64,000 nt of DNA from Chiloscyllium plagiosum (taxonomy: Eukaryota), in the NCBI RefSeq assembly GCF_004010195.1, contig NW_025215381.1, forward strand, positions 1,198,906 through 1,262,905, read 5' to 3'. Positions 28,071 to 44,057 of this stretch are shown here, piece by piece. The position numbers and the translations under genes are program-made. Within the stretch, counting starts at the first letter, position 1. The number at the start of each line of letters is the position of its first letter. The notes below the pieces were generated by a model. The model did no database searches. It saw only the letters and a list, made by a program, of their open reading frames with translations, and was not told the DNA's origin.

Positions 28071-28730
28071 AGAACAAACTAATTTGTGCAGTTTTCTAAA
28101 GGAAAAACCCCTGTTGACTGTAGATGTTACTGCATAAAATGGGAACATAATGTGTGCTTCAAATAGTCTCAAATTACATCAATTTAGGGGGAAAATATCT
28201 CTCTCAATTAAATGAAATGCAGAATACTGCTTTAGCCTCGTAATTTCCTTTAGCTGACGATGCAACATTGTCTCAGCACTGTGCTGGAGCTGCACCAGTC
28301 TAAATCTGCATCTCACCCTTCCTTCTGGCTCTTTTGGACTTTCTGCCTGTAGTTGAATGCTAGTGATTTGAAATACTTCTGGGAGTTTCAGGTTTAATTA
28401 ACTCCCTCAGTTAGCAACTCTGGACTCCTGTGCAATCTGGGCATTCGGCACCACCATCGCCATCAGTTAAATACTCTAATTCCCTTTATAAACTCATCTC
28501 CTCCTTCAATAAGCTACATCTTAACTGCTCCCTCTTTGATCATGCATTAGGTCACCTACCTTCATGTCACTAAATGAAATTTAGAAACTAAAAACAAAGT
28601 TTGAAACTCTGAAGTCTTTTGGGGAACTTTGAAGTCACAAAGGCACTATATTGGTATTATACAATTGGTATTGTTAATGGTGCAACAGCTTGAACAGCTA
28701 GAGAAGATTCAAGTCCTGTTGGTTGAGTGA

Positions 28731-28943
<213 letters not shown>

Positions 28944-30106
28944 TAAGTAATCATTAGCTAGGCCTTTGTCCTAAGTGGTATCCTTTACTTTCGGGACAAG
29001 ATTCTTACTGGCGGGTGGAGTGAACATTCTGGAGTGTGAAACCCATTCAACTTATCCAATTCCTTCCATCCAGGGGCTGTATTTAGTCCATCGTTGACTT
29101 TCTTCCTAGTTGACCTCATATCTCTCTCTGTTACCAATGTGAAATAGCTTCCCTTTACATTGATGCTAAACTTGTGCCATAAGTGCATCCTGAATCTGTA
29201 AATCTGTCCCTGCTGAAACTGGGCTGGAGGCTTTCTGGAAGAGGTGTACTCACTCCACTTGGCTTTCCAATCAGCTTTTGGCTTTCGTGATCAGTTTCTG
29301 GTACAGCATTGGATATTACAGCTTCAATTTTATTTCAAAACTGGGCTTGTGAAGTGTGAATGCATATTCATCTATTCCTACTATAGAGCATAGAAGGAGA
29401 TCATTTGGCCCATTGGGTTTATGGTGACATTCTTGAAAAGAGCTCAGTTATTTTCCACCTACAGTCTGGGAAATGTTGCTCTTTCAAGTATTTAATGATT
29501 CTCTTGAAAGGTATTGAAGGTGTTTCCACTGCCCTTTGTAGCAGCTGGCTCCATTTTTATTTTTGTTTATAAGTGCTTTTTCTTTTTGCCAAGTATTTTA
29601 AAACTTCTCTAGTCTTTCCACTTTATTTTATCTTCCCAGCCTTGTAACTTTCTCAAGAAGTACAAACAAACGAGCAGGGGCTTTGATATCACTCGAGCCC
29701 TCAATGAGGCTGAATATTGATCCAGATGCTTGTTTTATTTTTGCTTATTGACATTAAGGGAGGATCTCGTGTGGTGCATTGGTAGTGGACCAGGAGACTA
29801 GATTCAAGTCCCACCAACGCCAGAAGTGTGCAATAAAATAGGTTGATTTAAGAAATATCTAACCGACCCTAATTGATCACGAGTGGAATCTGTTTCACTT
29901 GTGTGTCACAGCGAATTTTCTAATTCTTAGCTTTGGTGAGGTAGTGTGACTCTTGTACTCATGTCTTTTCATTCCTGTATTGCCCCTCTCAGAAATAACT
30001 GTATTCAAGTTCCCTATTTGGTGAAACCTCCACTTAGCTTCTTTAAAAAGTAATGTACTCCAGTTCCTTTTAGCTGCCACCTGGGGAAGAGGTGATGAGG
30101 TAATGA

Positions 30107-30361
<255 letters not shown>

Positions 30362-30700
30362 TAGGATCTTAACAAATATATAGCCAATAATGAGAGGGTT
30401 TTATTTCCTGGTGTCCATGAAAGGCAACTGTGCCAAGCAGTAGTTAGTTTTAGTTGAGGCTCTTTAAAAGCGTGAAAGAGGTTAATGTTAATGGAATGCT
30501 ATCCTTTAACACCAGAGACATTGAACATAACTGAAGTAAAACATAGGGTTTTGGTCAAACTGCATCTTGAATACTTTGTGCAGTTTTAATTCCTTATTTA
30601 AGCAACATTGTATGAACATTGAGGAAATTCAGAGGAGGATTACCAGATTGATTCTAGAATGAGCAAGCTGTCTTATGAGGGAAGCACCAAACTCTCTCTC

Positions 30701-30950
30701 TAGATTAGATTTTAGATTACTTTACAGTGTGGAAACAGGCCCTTTGGCCCAACAAGTCCACACTGACCTGCCGAAGCGCAACCCACCCATACCCCTACAT
30801 TTACCCCTTACCTAACACTACGGACAATTTAGCATGGCCAGTTCACCTGACCTGCAAACTCCACACAGTCAGTCGCCTGAGGCAGGAATTGAACCCCGGT
30901 CTCTGGGGCTGTGAGGCAGCAGTGCTAACCATTGTGCCACCGTGCCGCCC
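30701..30950 (-). mobile_element. HE1-type SINE with internal deletion, inserted in older CR1 remnants
   Basis: Head and tail intact; body deleted between TGCA microhomologies near 30856. Confidence 0.88.
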
Positions 30951-32995
30951 TCGTGCCAGTTTCCTACCCTTTTCCTGTGTCACTGTGTACCATTTAATAT
31001 CCAAAAAGACCATCCAATGCACTTTTGAATGCCTCATTGAACCTCCCTCCACATGTTTCCAGGTTGTGTATTTCATACCCTAATGAGCCACTATGGTGGG
31101 GGAAAAAGTTTCCTCACACTAACTTTGCTTTGTCTGCACACCACTTTCAATCTGAACCCCTCTTTTTACAAGAGGAGGTGGCTTTGTTGTATCTACTCTG
31201 TCCAGCCCGCTTGTGATTTTGAAAATCTCAATGAGATTGTCTCTGTCTCTGAATATTTGTTTTGGGAAGATCAGCCCCAACTACTACAATCTATCCTCCT
31301 AACTAAGGTTTCTTACCTGGAGCAATTCTAGTAAATCACTTCTGTGTATACTCCAATGCATTCGTGTCTTTCGTATCATGTGGTGCCCACACCTGTACAC
31401 AGCACTCCAGCTGAGGCGTGATAAGTGTCTTATACAAGTTCACATGACATCCTTGCTCTTTAGAGTTGTACCCTTTACTTTGTATTGACTTTTGTGTTCT
31501 TATGACCAAAATGCATCACCTCACACTTTCCCAAGTTGAATCTCAACTGTCACCTATTCACCCATTCACGTGACGTGTTAATGTCCCATGCTGGGTTTGT
31601 TTCCACTGGAGCTTGAGTGAGAGACAACTTTATTGAAGTCTATAAGATCCTGAATGTTGGCATTAACTTGTGGAAAAGGATGTTTCTTTTTATGAATGAG
31701 TTCAGAACTAATGGACACTGTTTCGAAACAAAGGGGTCATTCTTTCAAGACAATGATGAGGGTAATTTCTTTAAAGGTTGTGGGACTTTGAAACTCTGCC
31801 TCCAGGAGATGGTGGATGTGTGGTTGTTGTCTTAGAAACATTTCAGAGGTTGTTACAAAGGCAAAGTTGCTATAGTCCGAGAGGACCACAGGGCTGATCT
31901 CATTAGAGAAAAATAATGGGTAGTTTGACCTCCAGGTCATCGCACCTCAGGGAAAGGGGGAGAAGCAGAGACCTTTTAATGGTCAACTCGGTTAATGTGG
32001 GAATTGAAAACGTGCTGTTGGCAGACATGGGTAGATTCACTTTAGATGAAGGGATCAAAGGTTGTTGAAGATAATTGGAGATGTAGAATTCAAAACACAA
32101 ACGAATTAGCAACAATTTTATTCGACGGTGGATTAGACTGAAAGGGCTCAATGGATGATGTTATTTCATATAATTTCCCTCTCAACAGGTTTTTTTGGGT
32201 AAGAGTTCTAGATTTCTGCTTCACTTTGTGGCATCGTCTCTCAACAACCTGGCTCAAATTCTAAAGTTCTGTCTCATGTTCTAGACACTTTTACCTTCCC
32301 TACCTCAGATGGTAGTTTTTCTCTATAACTGAATGGAGTCATTTTTATTCTCTAACATTTTGAGTAGATCACTCCTTAATTTTCTGTACTCAATGGAGCG
32401 TAATCCAGATTTACATCACTGTTTGAATCCTTGTCTCATCTGCTCCTGCCAGTATGTCCTTCCTGTGCTGCACCTAGTTTCCTCTGGAGTGCTGTGAACA
32501 GTCCTGAACTATCACTGATAAGTAGACAGCAGACAGACCAGAACATTGAACATGGGTTGATGAGGAGAGAGAGTGCATGATCCTATGGTTGGTGTGAGAA
32601 TTTGGTGCATTTTCTTTGGGAAATTGATACAATTTGGCCACAACAGGAAATGGAGAAGTTTAGTGCAGAAATGTAAGCAGTAGAATTTAAAATAAAACTG
32701 CAGAGTCCCTCAATAACAATCTTATGATCAGATAATTATTTCAGTTGTGGTATTGTGGGGAGGGAGAACAGTTTCTGATGTGTTACCCTCCCCACTCTCC
32801 TATGCTGTCTAGGCCATTCGTGTTGCTTAGGCTCTTGGGCAAGAAATCAGAATACATACCCTTCTGGAATGGGTGGCGGGAGAAAACTCTGGTGCTGGGA
32901 GCTTTTTACTAAAAGGGTACAGAAGCTAATAAGGTATGGTGAACATTAGCAATTCTGTTAATTTTGATGTTGTAACTCAGCACTGATACGATTAG

Positions 32996-33196
<201 letters not shown>

Positions 33197-35016
33197 TGAG
33201 ATTTTCTCAGATGGCTCATGTCTTCAATGCTCACTTTTCATATTAGTACTTAGAGCCAAACCTTCTGATTTGTTCCGCCAGTTCTACTGTCATATGGGTG
33301 ATATGGTTAATTTCTATGTTCCCACTAAGCTGTTCACTTTCCAGCTATGCAGTGCAACACCACATCAATGAAAGATGGGGTGGGGGCACTCTTGTTCAGA
33401 ATATGACCTGTTGGAGATGATTTGAAGTCCATCTTGACTTCATCCGATACTAGTGCATGTTGCTGCTGAGTGTCTTGGAGCTTAGTTCACCACCTTAGTG
33501 CTGGACTGTTCAGAATCTGAATTGAGTCGGCAAATTGGGAGGTGATAGATGAGTGAAAATATCTTAACTGCAGAATTGATCTGGTCAATACTTCGAGTAG
33601 AATAATAACATGATAACATTTGTGATTTGGCTGGGAATAATGAATAAGGATCTTCCTAGAATTTAATAATTTAGCTAATGACATGTCAAAAGAAAATCCT
33701 GCTGTTTTAGTATGTTAGGCCTCATTGGAGTAGCATGCTGGAAGGCAAGCCCCTCCTAATTCCAGAGTTGCCATAAAAGTTAAATTTTATAAAGGTCGTC
33801 AAAATCCCCAGTTACCTGCCTGAGAGACTTTGTTGAACAGACAACATGAACCTGTACTTAACCAGTTTCTGTACTAAACAAGAACTGCTATGTATTACAA
33901 ATAAATAGATGCTAACCATAGTTGAACAATATGAACTGTTGACATTAAAGCTCTGTGTTAAAACTTTAATTCGCTTCTAAAAATCCCCTAATGCGCATGG
34001 CAGATGAAGAAAAAAAAGTAGCGTTTAATGGAGGAGCAAAACATACTGAGAAAACAACTGAATTGTGCATGCCCTCAGGGTTCAGAGAAATATTCCTTCT
34101 GTTTCCTTTCGTTCTCCAAGGTTGTCCTTCAGGTCCTTTCTCTGTATCACATGAGACACTGAGCAACTGATTTACCAATTATGAAATTTGACTGGTTAAA
34201 GGTAACAACACACAACTGATAGAAGAAGCAACTGGATTTCCTTTACCATCGGATTTTCTTACCAGAGTGGGAGACAGACCACCTATCCTTCCAGAGGCCC
34301 GAGAGCTTCTGCCTTTGTCATTTGCATATGCATAAGCTGTTTGTCTCTCCAGGAACTAATTGGAGAGTTGCTGTCCGGGTGATGACCTTTGGCATCCATG
34401 ACCAGTCACGGTTACCCAAAACAATTAGCTACTTGTTTTTGACTGAATTGCACTCTGCAAGCGCACAGTGATGCTCAGCCATTTACAAACCACATCCCCA
34501 CCACTTGATCAAGGTAGCAGTTGAAGTACCATGTATGAATTTCAATAATTTCTTTTTATAAAGTGCAGCAATTACTTTCACAGTCCTTTGGTTTCAAAAC
34601 CCTCCCTCTTTTTGTTTCTTCTTCTTGACAATCAAAAATACAGAAGATAACACTTCACGATCGTTACATGTCGCTGACCTTGCATGGATTGGATGGGCTG
34701 AATGGCTGTCTGACATACTGAAAGCCCACGTCTCACATCTGCCACACTTCATTAGCTACATGCTGTGTGAAAAAGCCACACAATGTGTCTTGGCATGCAT
34801 AAGTGCCACATGAATGTGCAAGGGATTCTGTACTCCACATTGTCATGCAAACATCATGAAATGTACTATGTGAATACCACATCAAGCTCTGAATTAACTC
34901 ATGGCACCCTGACATTTACATAGATCACACCCTTTCAAGCTTTTTTAAACTGGACTTTGTTCTCAAAGTTATCACATTCCCTGTACTACCACCCTTATAC
35001 GCTGCCTTTTCCTTAG

Positions 35017-35157
<141 letters not shown>

Positions 35158-35160
35158 TGA

Positions 35161-35580
<420 letters not shown>

Positions 35581-35933
35581 TAGCTTTGAACACTGAGTCT
35601 TTAAATTTATTCTACATTGTATCTGTGTGATCAAGTTTTGAATATAAAAGATTAAGGAGTGGTGCAATTGAGTTATCTAGTAGTTTAGGTATGTTGGTAT
35701 GGTCTTCTGGAATAGAGGAGTCCAGACCAGGGGACAAAACTTAAACATTTGAGCCAGCCAATTCAGGGGTGTTGTTAGAAGCACTCTGTAAAACACAAGG
35801 AAGTGGAATCTGAACAATAACTCCTCCCTCACACTCCTGAAAAAAATACATTGTGGATCTGACAGGGTTAATTGAAAATTTAAAGACGTCCTTTCATTGG
35901 ATAAGAGTATCAAGGTGAGGAGCCAAGCAACTA

Positions 35934-36091
35934 CAGAGGAACCTTGATTATCTGGCATTTATTTATCCAAATTTCGGATTATCTGAATGAGATTGCAAGG
36001 TCCCGATGCTTGGCTAAACTACTATACAGCAGTCGATTAACTGAATGAAATACTCCCCGTCCACATCCTTCGGATAATCGAGGGCCTTCTG
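35934..36091. mobile_element. Tc1/mariner (Tigger/pogo-like) MITE
   Basis: TA|CAGAGGAACCTTGATTATC ... GATAATCGAGGGCCTTCTG|TA. Confidence 0.7.
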
Positions 36092-36198
36092 TAAATTGCA
36101 TCCAATCTAATTGAACGCCAGCTGGTGCAGTGGACTGAATGGCCCCTCCTAATTTCTGGAATGACTGGTGTTTTGAACTTAGTTTGAACTTTACTTAG

Positions 36199-36528
<330 letters not shown>

Positions 36529-36899
36529 TAAACATAGCAGTGGAGTTAGTTGTCAGGGAGAAAGGAAGAAGCTGAACTGATGTGGTGAAGTCTCCTCTTG
36601 TAGAAAGGGTGGTTGAGATGAGAAGTGCTAATATATATTTAATGTTGACGTTGGATAAATATAATGCGAAAGCAATAAAAGGGTGTGCTGATGGGGTGAG
36701 ATGATGAAATGAGGAAGGTATTTTCTGTGCTGTAGAATTCAATACAGTGGGAGCTGGAAAACTAAGAAACGACAAGGACTAAGACAGGAGAGGTGCTCTG
36801 TGATGACTTGGGTTTCCTTCGTGCAAAATCTGCAACAGCTGTTGTGACCAATTTGGGGATGAATTGATCCTTTCCTTGACCCACTCCATTTATTGCAGT

Positions 36900-37800
36900 T
36901 TATTATTAATTTTAATGGGCCAGCATTCATTGTGAATCCCCTAGTTGCTCTGGAGGGTGGTGATGAACTATTGTCGCCTATCTGCTGTAGATGGGCCCCT
37001 GCCAATGGATAGAGAGTTCCAGGAGTTTGACCTAGTGACACTGAAGGAATACCAATGTATTTCCAAGTAAGGATACTGACTGGCTTGGAGGTGAACTTTA
37101 AAGGCTCTGTTATTACCATGTGTCTTTTGCCCTTATCCTTCTGGATGATAGTACCTTCCAAACCCATAATCACTGTCTAAGGATTTGTGGTGAATTACTG
37201 CAGTGTATCTTGTAGATGGTACAAGATGGAGTTTTGGTGGTAGAAGGAGTGGATGTTTGTGGATTTGGCTGCAGTCTTGTCTGGTCTGCTTTGTCCTGAA
37301 TGGTGTCAAGTTTCTTTAGCGTTGTTGCACCTATCCAAGCAAGTGGGGAGTAATCCATCATATTCCTAACTTGCGCCTTATGGATGGCGAACAGGCTTTG
37401 TCAGGATGTAAGTTACTCACTGCATAATTCCTAGTTTCGGACTTGTTCTTGTAGCCACAGTTTTTTTTATAACTAGTCCAGTTCAATTTGTACTCCGTGA
37501 TACCTTTTCAGGATATTGATGATGGGGATTTCACGATGGTGAAGCCATTGAACATCAAGGGCAATGATTAGATTCCCTCTTGTTGGGGATGGTCATTGCC
37601 TCGCACCTTGTATGGTGTAAATGTTGACTATTGGGCTGAAGTGGAAAGTTGATGTTGTATAGGTCTTGTTGCATTTGGGCATGGACTGCTTCAGTATCTG
37701 AGAATGTTGCCAAACATTGTGCAATCATCAGTGAAGGTCCACAACTTCTGATGTTATGATGGAGGGAAGATTGTTGATGGAACAGCTGAAGATGATCAAA
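36900..37800 (-). mobile_element. CR1/L2-group LINE RT 3' part
   Basis: MDYSPLAWIGATTLKKLDTIQDKA. Confidence 0.7.
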
Positions 37801-38565
37801 TTCACAAAAAGAAAGATTATTGTCAAATTTTATATATCAGATGTTTAATGATGAGCTATATAAGTCAGATATACGTCAACAAAATTCCTTTAATAACAAG
37901 TGACTAATTTATTGCAATCAACTTACTCCAGTAAAGGTTATTAACAAAAGATACAATCAAATACAGCTTCTCTTCCGGGAGGGAGGGAAAAAACACATCA
38001 CCCTGCCTCCACATCCTCCCACTTCCATTTTGAGGAAATAACACAACATCTGCTGGATGTTATCTCAAAAGTACTTTGGCCAAGTAACAGTTAAATTCAG
38101 GCACAACAATTGTTCAGATTGTCCCAAATGCTGGTCTGCAGTTGAAGTTGATTCCATGTGAACTGTTGATACTGAGATTTCTTCTTTAATCAGTCATGGA
38201 TGGCCAAAGTTGCTTTTCTGGATACAGCAGTGTAGATTTTGAATTCCCATTTATTAACTTTCAACATATGATGTCATTTCCCAGTGACTTTTCAACTCAA
38301 ACTTTGAGATGAAGCATTTTGAAGAAAAAGGGGGCAAAGGCCTTTGTCACTTGGCAACATCTCTCTCTTGCCCAGATTGTATCCTTTGCAAATGCAGCAT
38401 TTCCCTGCTGAAGCCTTTCTTTTCAGAGATCTTTGACTTTTTTTGGCAAGAAATGTATCCAATTATTGCTATTCTACTTAATCCATAATACTGCCATCTT
38501 ACCACCTCGGTCACCTGAGTCACATGGAACAAATGAAAGTTTCATTTGGCACCTTTTTTTTATAA

Positions 38566-38961
<396 letters not shown>

Positions 38962-39135
38962 TGATACAAAGTAATACCACTAGTGGTTCACTTCTGTACC
39001 TCAGTCAATCTATCAGATGTACTGCCTCACAGTGCAATAACAACCCCCTCTCTGTATCTATCTGAAATGACTTCCATGAACTGTATATATCCTAAAATGA
39101 ATGCAATATGAATCAAACAACATGGTTATACAAAA

Positions 39136-39262
39136 GGCAAAAGTGAGGATTGCAGATGCTGGAAACCAGAGATGAGAGTGGTGCTGGAAAAGCACAGCAG
39201 GTCAGGCAGCATCCGAGGAGCAGGAAAATCAGCGTTTCGGGCAAAAGCCCTTCATCAGGAAT
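39136..39262 (-). mobile_element. Penelope terminal fragment, family 1, hammerhead with mutated cleavage triplet
   Basis: Reverse complement CTGATGAAGGGCTTTTGCCCGAAACGCT; TSD CATGGT(T/A)ATACAAAA at 39121-35 and 39263-77. Confidence 0.85.
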
Positions 39263-39399
39263 CATGGTAATACAAAAACCAAATATAGCAGATTTGAGAA
39301 ATGTGGAATACTGGAAGGAATCAGTTGGACTGCATCTGTGGAGAGACACAACTGACTCGAGGCATTAGAGCCAAAGACCATAAGTTTGAAACACAAGAA

Positions 39400-40300
39400 A
39401 CAGAGGGTAGATGAAGGTGTGCATTTATCAGTTTGGAGATGAGTTGAAAGTGATGTCCCTTAGGGATTGGAGTAGGGACTCTTTCTTTTGATTAATGTAA
39501 ACAAATTGGAGATGGATGTTGCAGATGATATTAAGCTGAGGAGCATAGTGAACTGTAAGAATGACGCTGAGTAACTTCGGAGGGACATTGATAAGTTGGT
39601 TAAATGGTTAGATATGACAGATAAAATTCATTGCAGGGAAATGTGTGGTAATGCATTATGGTAGAAGAAATGTAGAGGCAATACAGGCTTGATAGTATGT
39701 CTTTGAGGGGAGTATAGGAGCGCAGGGAACCTCTGTTCATGTGTGTGATTCTCTGAAGGTGACCAGGCAAGTAGAAACAATTTAAGAGGGCTCATTGGAT
39801 CCTTTAGGTTTATAAGTAGAAGCATAGAATACAAAAGCAAGGAAGACATGCTACATCTTTGCAATTCATTGGTCGTACCACATTTGGAGTACTGTGTTCA
39901 GTTCTGGAATCCTTATTTAAGGAAGGATGTTAAAGCTCAGGGTGGGGGGTGGTGGAGAGAGATTAATTTTAAAGGAGATTGACTAGAATGATAACAGAAA
40001 TGAGGGTTATTAAATGCGAGGAAAGATCAGAGAAATTGGGCTTCTTCTCCTTGGAGTAGAGGAGATTAAGAGGTGACCTTATTGAAGTTCAAAATTCTGA
40101 ACAATTTTGACAAGGTAAAGACAGATTTTCAGTAGTTGGTATGTCAGTAATTAGGGGTCACAATTCAGCAAGAGAGCTAGAAGTGAGGTGAGGAGAAGCT
40201 TGTTTACTCAGTGTTGTTAGGAATTGGTTGCCTGGGAGAGTGATGATTTCAAAAGCAAATTGAATATATATTTGAAAGTGTTGAATTTAGAGGGCTATGG
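39400..40300 (+). mobile_element. Old CR1 LINE 3' part
   Basis: ADDIKL, RPHLEYCVQFWNPYLRKDV remnants. Confidence 0.7.
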
Positions 40301-40874
40301 AAAGGCCACCTTTGGTATTCATCAAGATTATTGCTGATCTACCTCAACTCCACTTCCTGCACTATAAATCTCCAGTTCTGTATTCTAGAATATACGACCT
40401 TCATGTAAGGTGGGCAAAGAGATTATTTTTTAAAAAGTGGTGGTGTCACAATTTTGATTAGGGTGTCTATTAGAGCTCAGAGGCCTGAGTCTTAGAAGGC
40501 TCCTCAAATGAAGCCATACAAGTAGAACTTGAAAACCAAAAATGAGCAATTGCCTTATTTGGCGTGTACTACAGGACTCCAACAATCCGAGAGAAGGACG
40601 AGAGCAGATACGCAGGCAAATTTAATCAAAGTGTCTTGCATTTTGTTCACAGTCCTCTAAATTGAGTATGCGTCAGGTTGGTTAGCTCAGTTTGCAGTGC
40701 AGAGTGATAGCCAACAGTGGTTATTCCAATACCTGTATAGCTGAGGTCACCATGAAGAGCCTGCCCTCTCACCGTCTCTTCTCCTCCTCACCCCGCCCCC
40801 CTCCCCCATTGGCCATCCTCCAATTAAAAGCACCACCAGAACCAGAGAGCTGCCCTCTGATCCAGCTAAGGACG

Positions 40875-41937
40875 TGATTGTTGGGCCCCTTGCTGAGATA
40901 TTTGTCATCGACAGACATAAGTGAGGTGCCGGAAGACTGGAGGTTGGCTAACGTGGTGCCACTATTTAAGAAAGGTGGTAAGGAAAAGCTAGGGAACTAT
41001 AGACTGGTGAGCATGACATCTGTGCTGGTCAGGTTGTTGGAAGAAATCCTGAGGGTCTGAATTTACATGTATTTGTAAAGGCAAGGACTAATTAGGGATA
41101 GTCAGCATGGCTTTGTGTTGGAAATCGTGTCTCACAAACCTGATTGAGTTTTTTGAAGAAGTAAAAAAGGGGATTGATGAGGGCAGAGTGGTGGACATGA
41201 TCCATAAGGTTTCTCATGGTAGACTGGTTAGCAAGGTTAGACCTTGGAATGCTGGTTCATAGTTACTTGAAAATAGAGTCTAGAGTAGATAGGATAGTGA
41301 GGAAGGCATTTGGTATGCTTTCCTTTATTGGTCAGGGCATTAAGTACAGGAATTGGGCGGTCATGTTGCGGCTGTACAGAACATTGGGAAGGCCACTGTT
41401 GGAATATTGTGTGCAATTCTGGTCTCCTTCCTATCGTAAGTATGTTGTGAAACTTGAAAGGATTCAGAAAAGATTTCCAAGGATGTTGCCCGGTTTGGAG
41501 GATTTGAGCCATAGGGAGAGGTTGACTAGGTTGGGGCTGTTTTCCCAAGAGCTTCAGAGGTTGAGGGGTGACCATAAGAGATTTATAAAATAATGAGCAT
41601 GGATAGGGTAAATAGGCAAAATCTTTTCCCTGGGATGGGGAGTCCAAAATTAGAATGTGTAGATTTACGGTGAGAAGGGAAAGATATAAAAAGGACCTAA
41701 GGGGCAACGTTTTCATGCAGAGGGTGGTACGTGTATGGAATGAGCTGCCAGAGGAAGTGGTGGAGGCTGGTACAATTGCAACATTTAAAAGGCATTTGGA
41801 TGGGTATATGAAAAGGAAGGGTTTGGAGGGATATGGGCCGGGTGCTGGCAGGTGGGACTAGATTGGGTTGCGATATCTGGTCAGCATGGACGAGTTGGAC
41901 CGAGGGGCATGTTTCCGTGCTGTATATCTGTATGACT
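40875..41937 (+). mobile_element. Relatively young CR1 LINE with internal deletions
   Basis: VPEDWRLANVVPLFKKG..NYRLVS; LEYCVQFWSPSYRK; CR1 tail. Confidence 0.9.
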
Positions 41938-42028
41938 AAGTCATCTGCTTTTTGTTCTTTTTCTCCTCTGGCTGGGATGTTAGGAAGCCCTTGTCTTTTT
42001 GTAGGCAGTGGCTTGTCTTCAGCCCCTA

Positions 42029-42390
42029 TGGGGAGGTGACGGCCTAGTGGTATTATCACTGGACAGTTAATTCAGAGAGCCAGATAAGGTTCTAAGGACC
42101 CAGATTTGAATCCTGCTATGGTGGCATTTGAATTCACTTTTTAAAAAAAAATCTGGAATTAAGAGTCAAACCATGAAACCATTGCCAATTGTCAGAAAAA
42201 CCCATCTAGTTCACTAATGCCCTCTTTAGGGGAGAAAATCTGCCACCCTTAGCTGGTTTGCTCTGCATTAGACCTCTTCAGAACCACAGCAATCTGGTTG
42301 ACTCTTAACTACCCTTTAGGCAATTCGGAATGGACAATAAATGCTGGTGTAGCCAGTGATGCCCTTGTCCCCTGAATGAATGAATTTTTT
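42029..42390 (+). mobile_element. Second tRNA-derived SINE family, tail shared with CR1/L2-group LINE
   Basis: GGCCTAGTGG A box, GATTTGAATCC B-like box, (GAAT)n tail. Confidence 0.65.
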
Positions 42391-43384
42391 TTTAAAAAAC
42401 CCCATTAATATGCCAAATTTTCTGGGGTTAATGGTTCAACCTGTGTCAATCAATAGTTTGAGCCCTTCTTGCTAATAAATACAGGGTAGGTACCCAAGAT
42501 GTCAGGGTGGACAACTCTCATCCCTTCCTGTACATCAGTCCCCTCAAGGTCACTTCTTAATGTAGTCTATGCTGAGGGCCAGTTGCTATCCCTTTCCAAA
42601 CACTTCCGTAGTTAAATATAACTTAACAGTTTGGAGAAGGGAATCCAGCACCTCAAGCCTACTCTTCCATTTACTATGATCTTGTCTGAGCCTTGACTCC
42701 ACCTCCTGCCTGCTCCCAATTACCCTTTTAACATGTTCCTCATTAATTAAAAATGTCTGTGTTTGCATTAAATGTATGGTGTCCCAGCATCCTCTATGGT
42801 CTGAATTCTGCAGGTTCACAAGCCTTTGCAGAAAAAGGGAGTCCACTCCCACAACCATGGCCTTAAACTCTTCTCTTGTAAAAGGAGACACATCTGATCT
42901 GCATTGATCGGCAGTCCCGTTTTAAATGATAAGAAATTGGAACAATGAGCTCAGCCATTGAGCCTGCTCCACCATTCATTCGGTCCCACACATCTTTTTT
43001 CTCTGCACCCTTGATATATCAATAATTTATCTGTCTCTGCCTTGAATATACCTAAGGACTCTGCTGCACCCCCACAGCTTTAGCATCAATTAGATTTCTT
43101 CTCTGGTTTACACAGGATATCAGAAGATTGTCAGTTCAAGAAAGTAGTGACCTCAGCATTAGAGTGAGCTTTGACTCTTTCCTTATATTGACTGGCTACA
43201 TGGAATTGTTTGTGCGTTTCCATGCAGTTATGAAAAATCAATGCTGTGCAAATTAATTTCATGAGAGTTTTGATACCATACTGAAACAAGTACTTAAGGG
43301 TCCTTAATTTCTTAAACTTGTAATTGATTGACTATGACACTTATTAATGTGGATGTGATGTCGAAATTTCTTCTGTGACTGTAG

Positions 43385-43597
<213 letters not shown>

Positions 43598-43720
43598 TGA
43601 TTGAGCATACCTGGTTCAGGTGGAAATGCTGAGCTACCAGCCAGTTGGAAGCTTGGCGCTAAAATCTCATGTGCTCAGCGCTTCTCAGCTTTGCCCTGCC
43701 CTGCCCCTTCTAGTCGATTG

Positions 43721-44057
43721 CATCTAGGGATCCTGCAACCACACAGGATAAATGTGGATTTCAACAGCTTCCTCATTCCCCTCCCCCCACGTTATCTCAG
43801 TCCCGAGCCTCCAAATTGACAACGCCCTTCGGACCTGTCCATCACTACCCTTTCTGACCTATCATCTTCTTCCTCCTCTTCATCCACCTATCACTTTCCC
43901 AGCTACCTCCCCCAACCTCACCACTTTCCTATTATTATCATCTCAGCCCCGACCCACTAGCCTCATTCCTAATGAAGGGCTTAAGCCCGAAACATCAATC
44001 CTCCTGCTCCTCGGATGCTGTCTGAGTGGCTGTGCTTTTCCAGCACCACACTCTCGA
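43721..44057 (+). mobile_element. Penelope-like element 3' end (ORF terminus + terminal repeat with dead hammerhead)
   Basis: LGILQPHRINVDFNSF resembles the PLE GIY-YIG ORF C-terminus; CTAATGAAGGGCTTAAGCCCGAAAC at 43969-93; 22-bp TSD at 43699-720 and 44058-79. Confidence 0.8.
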
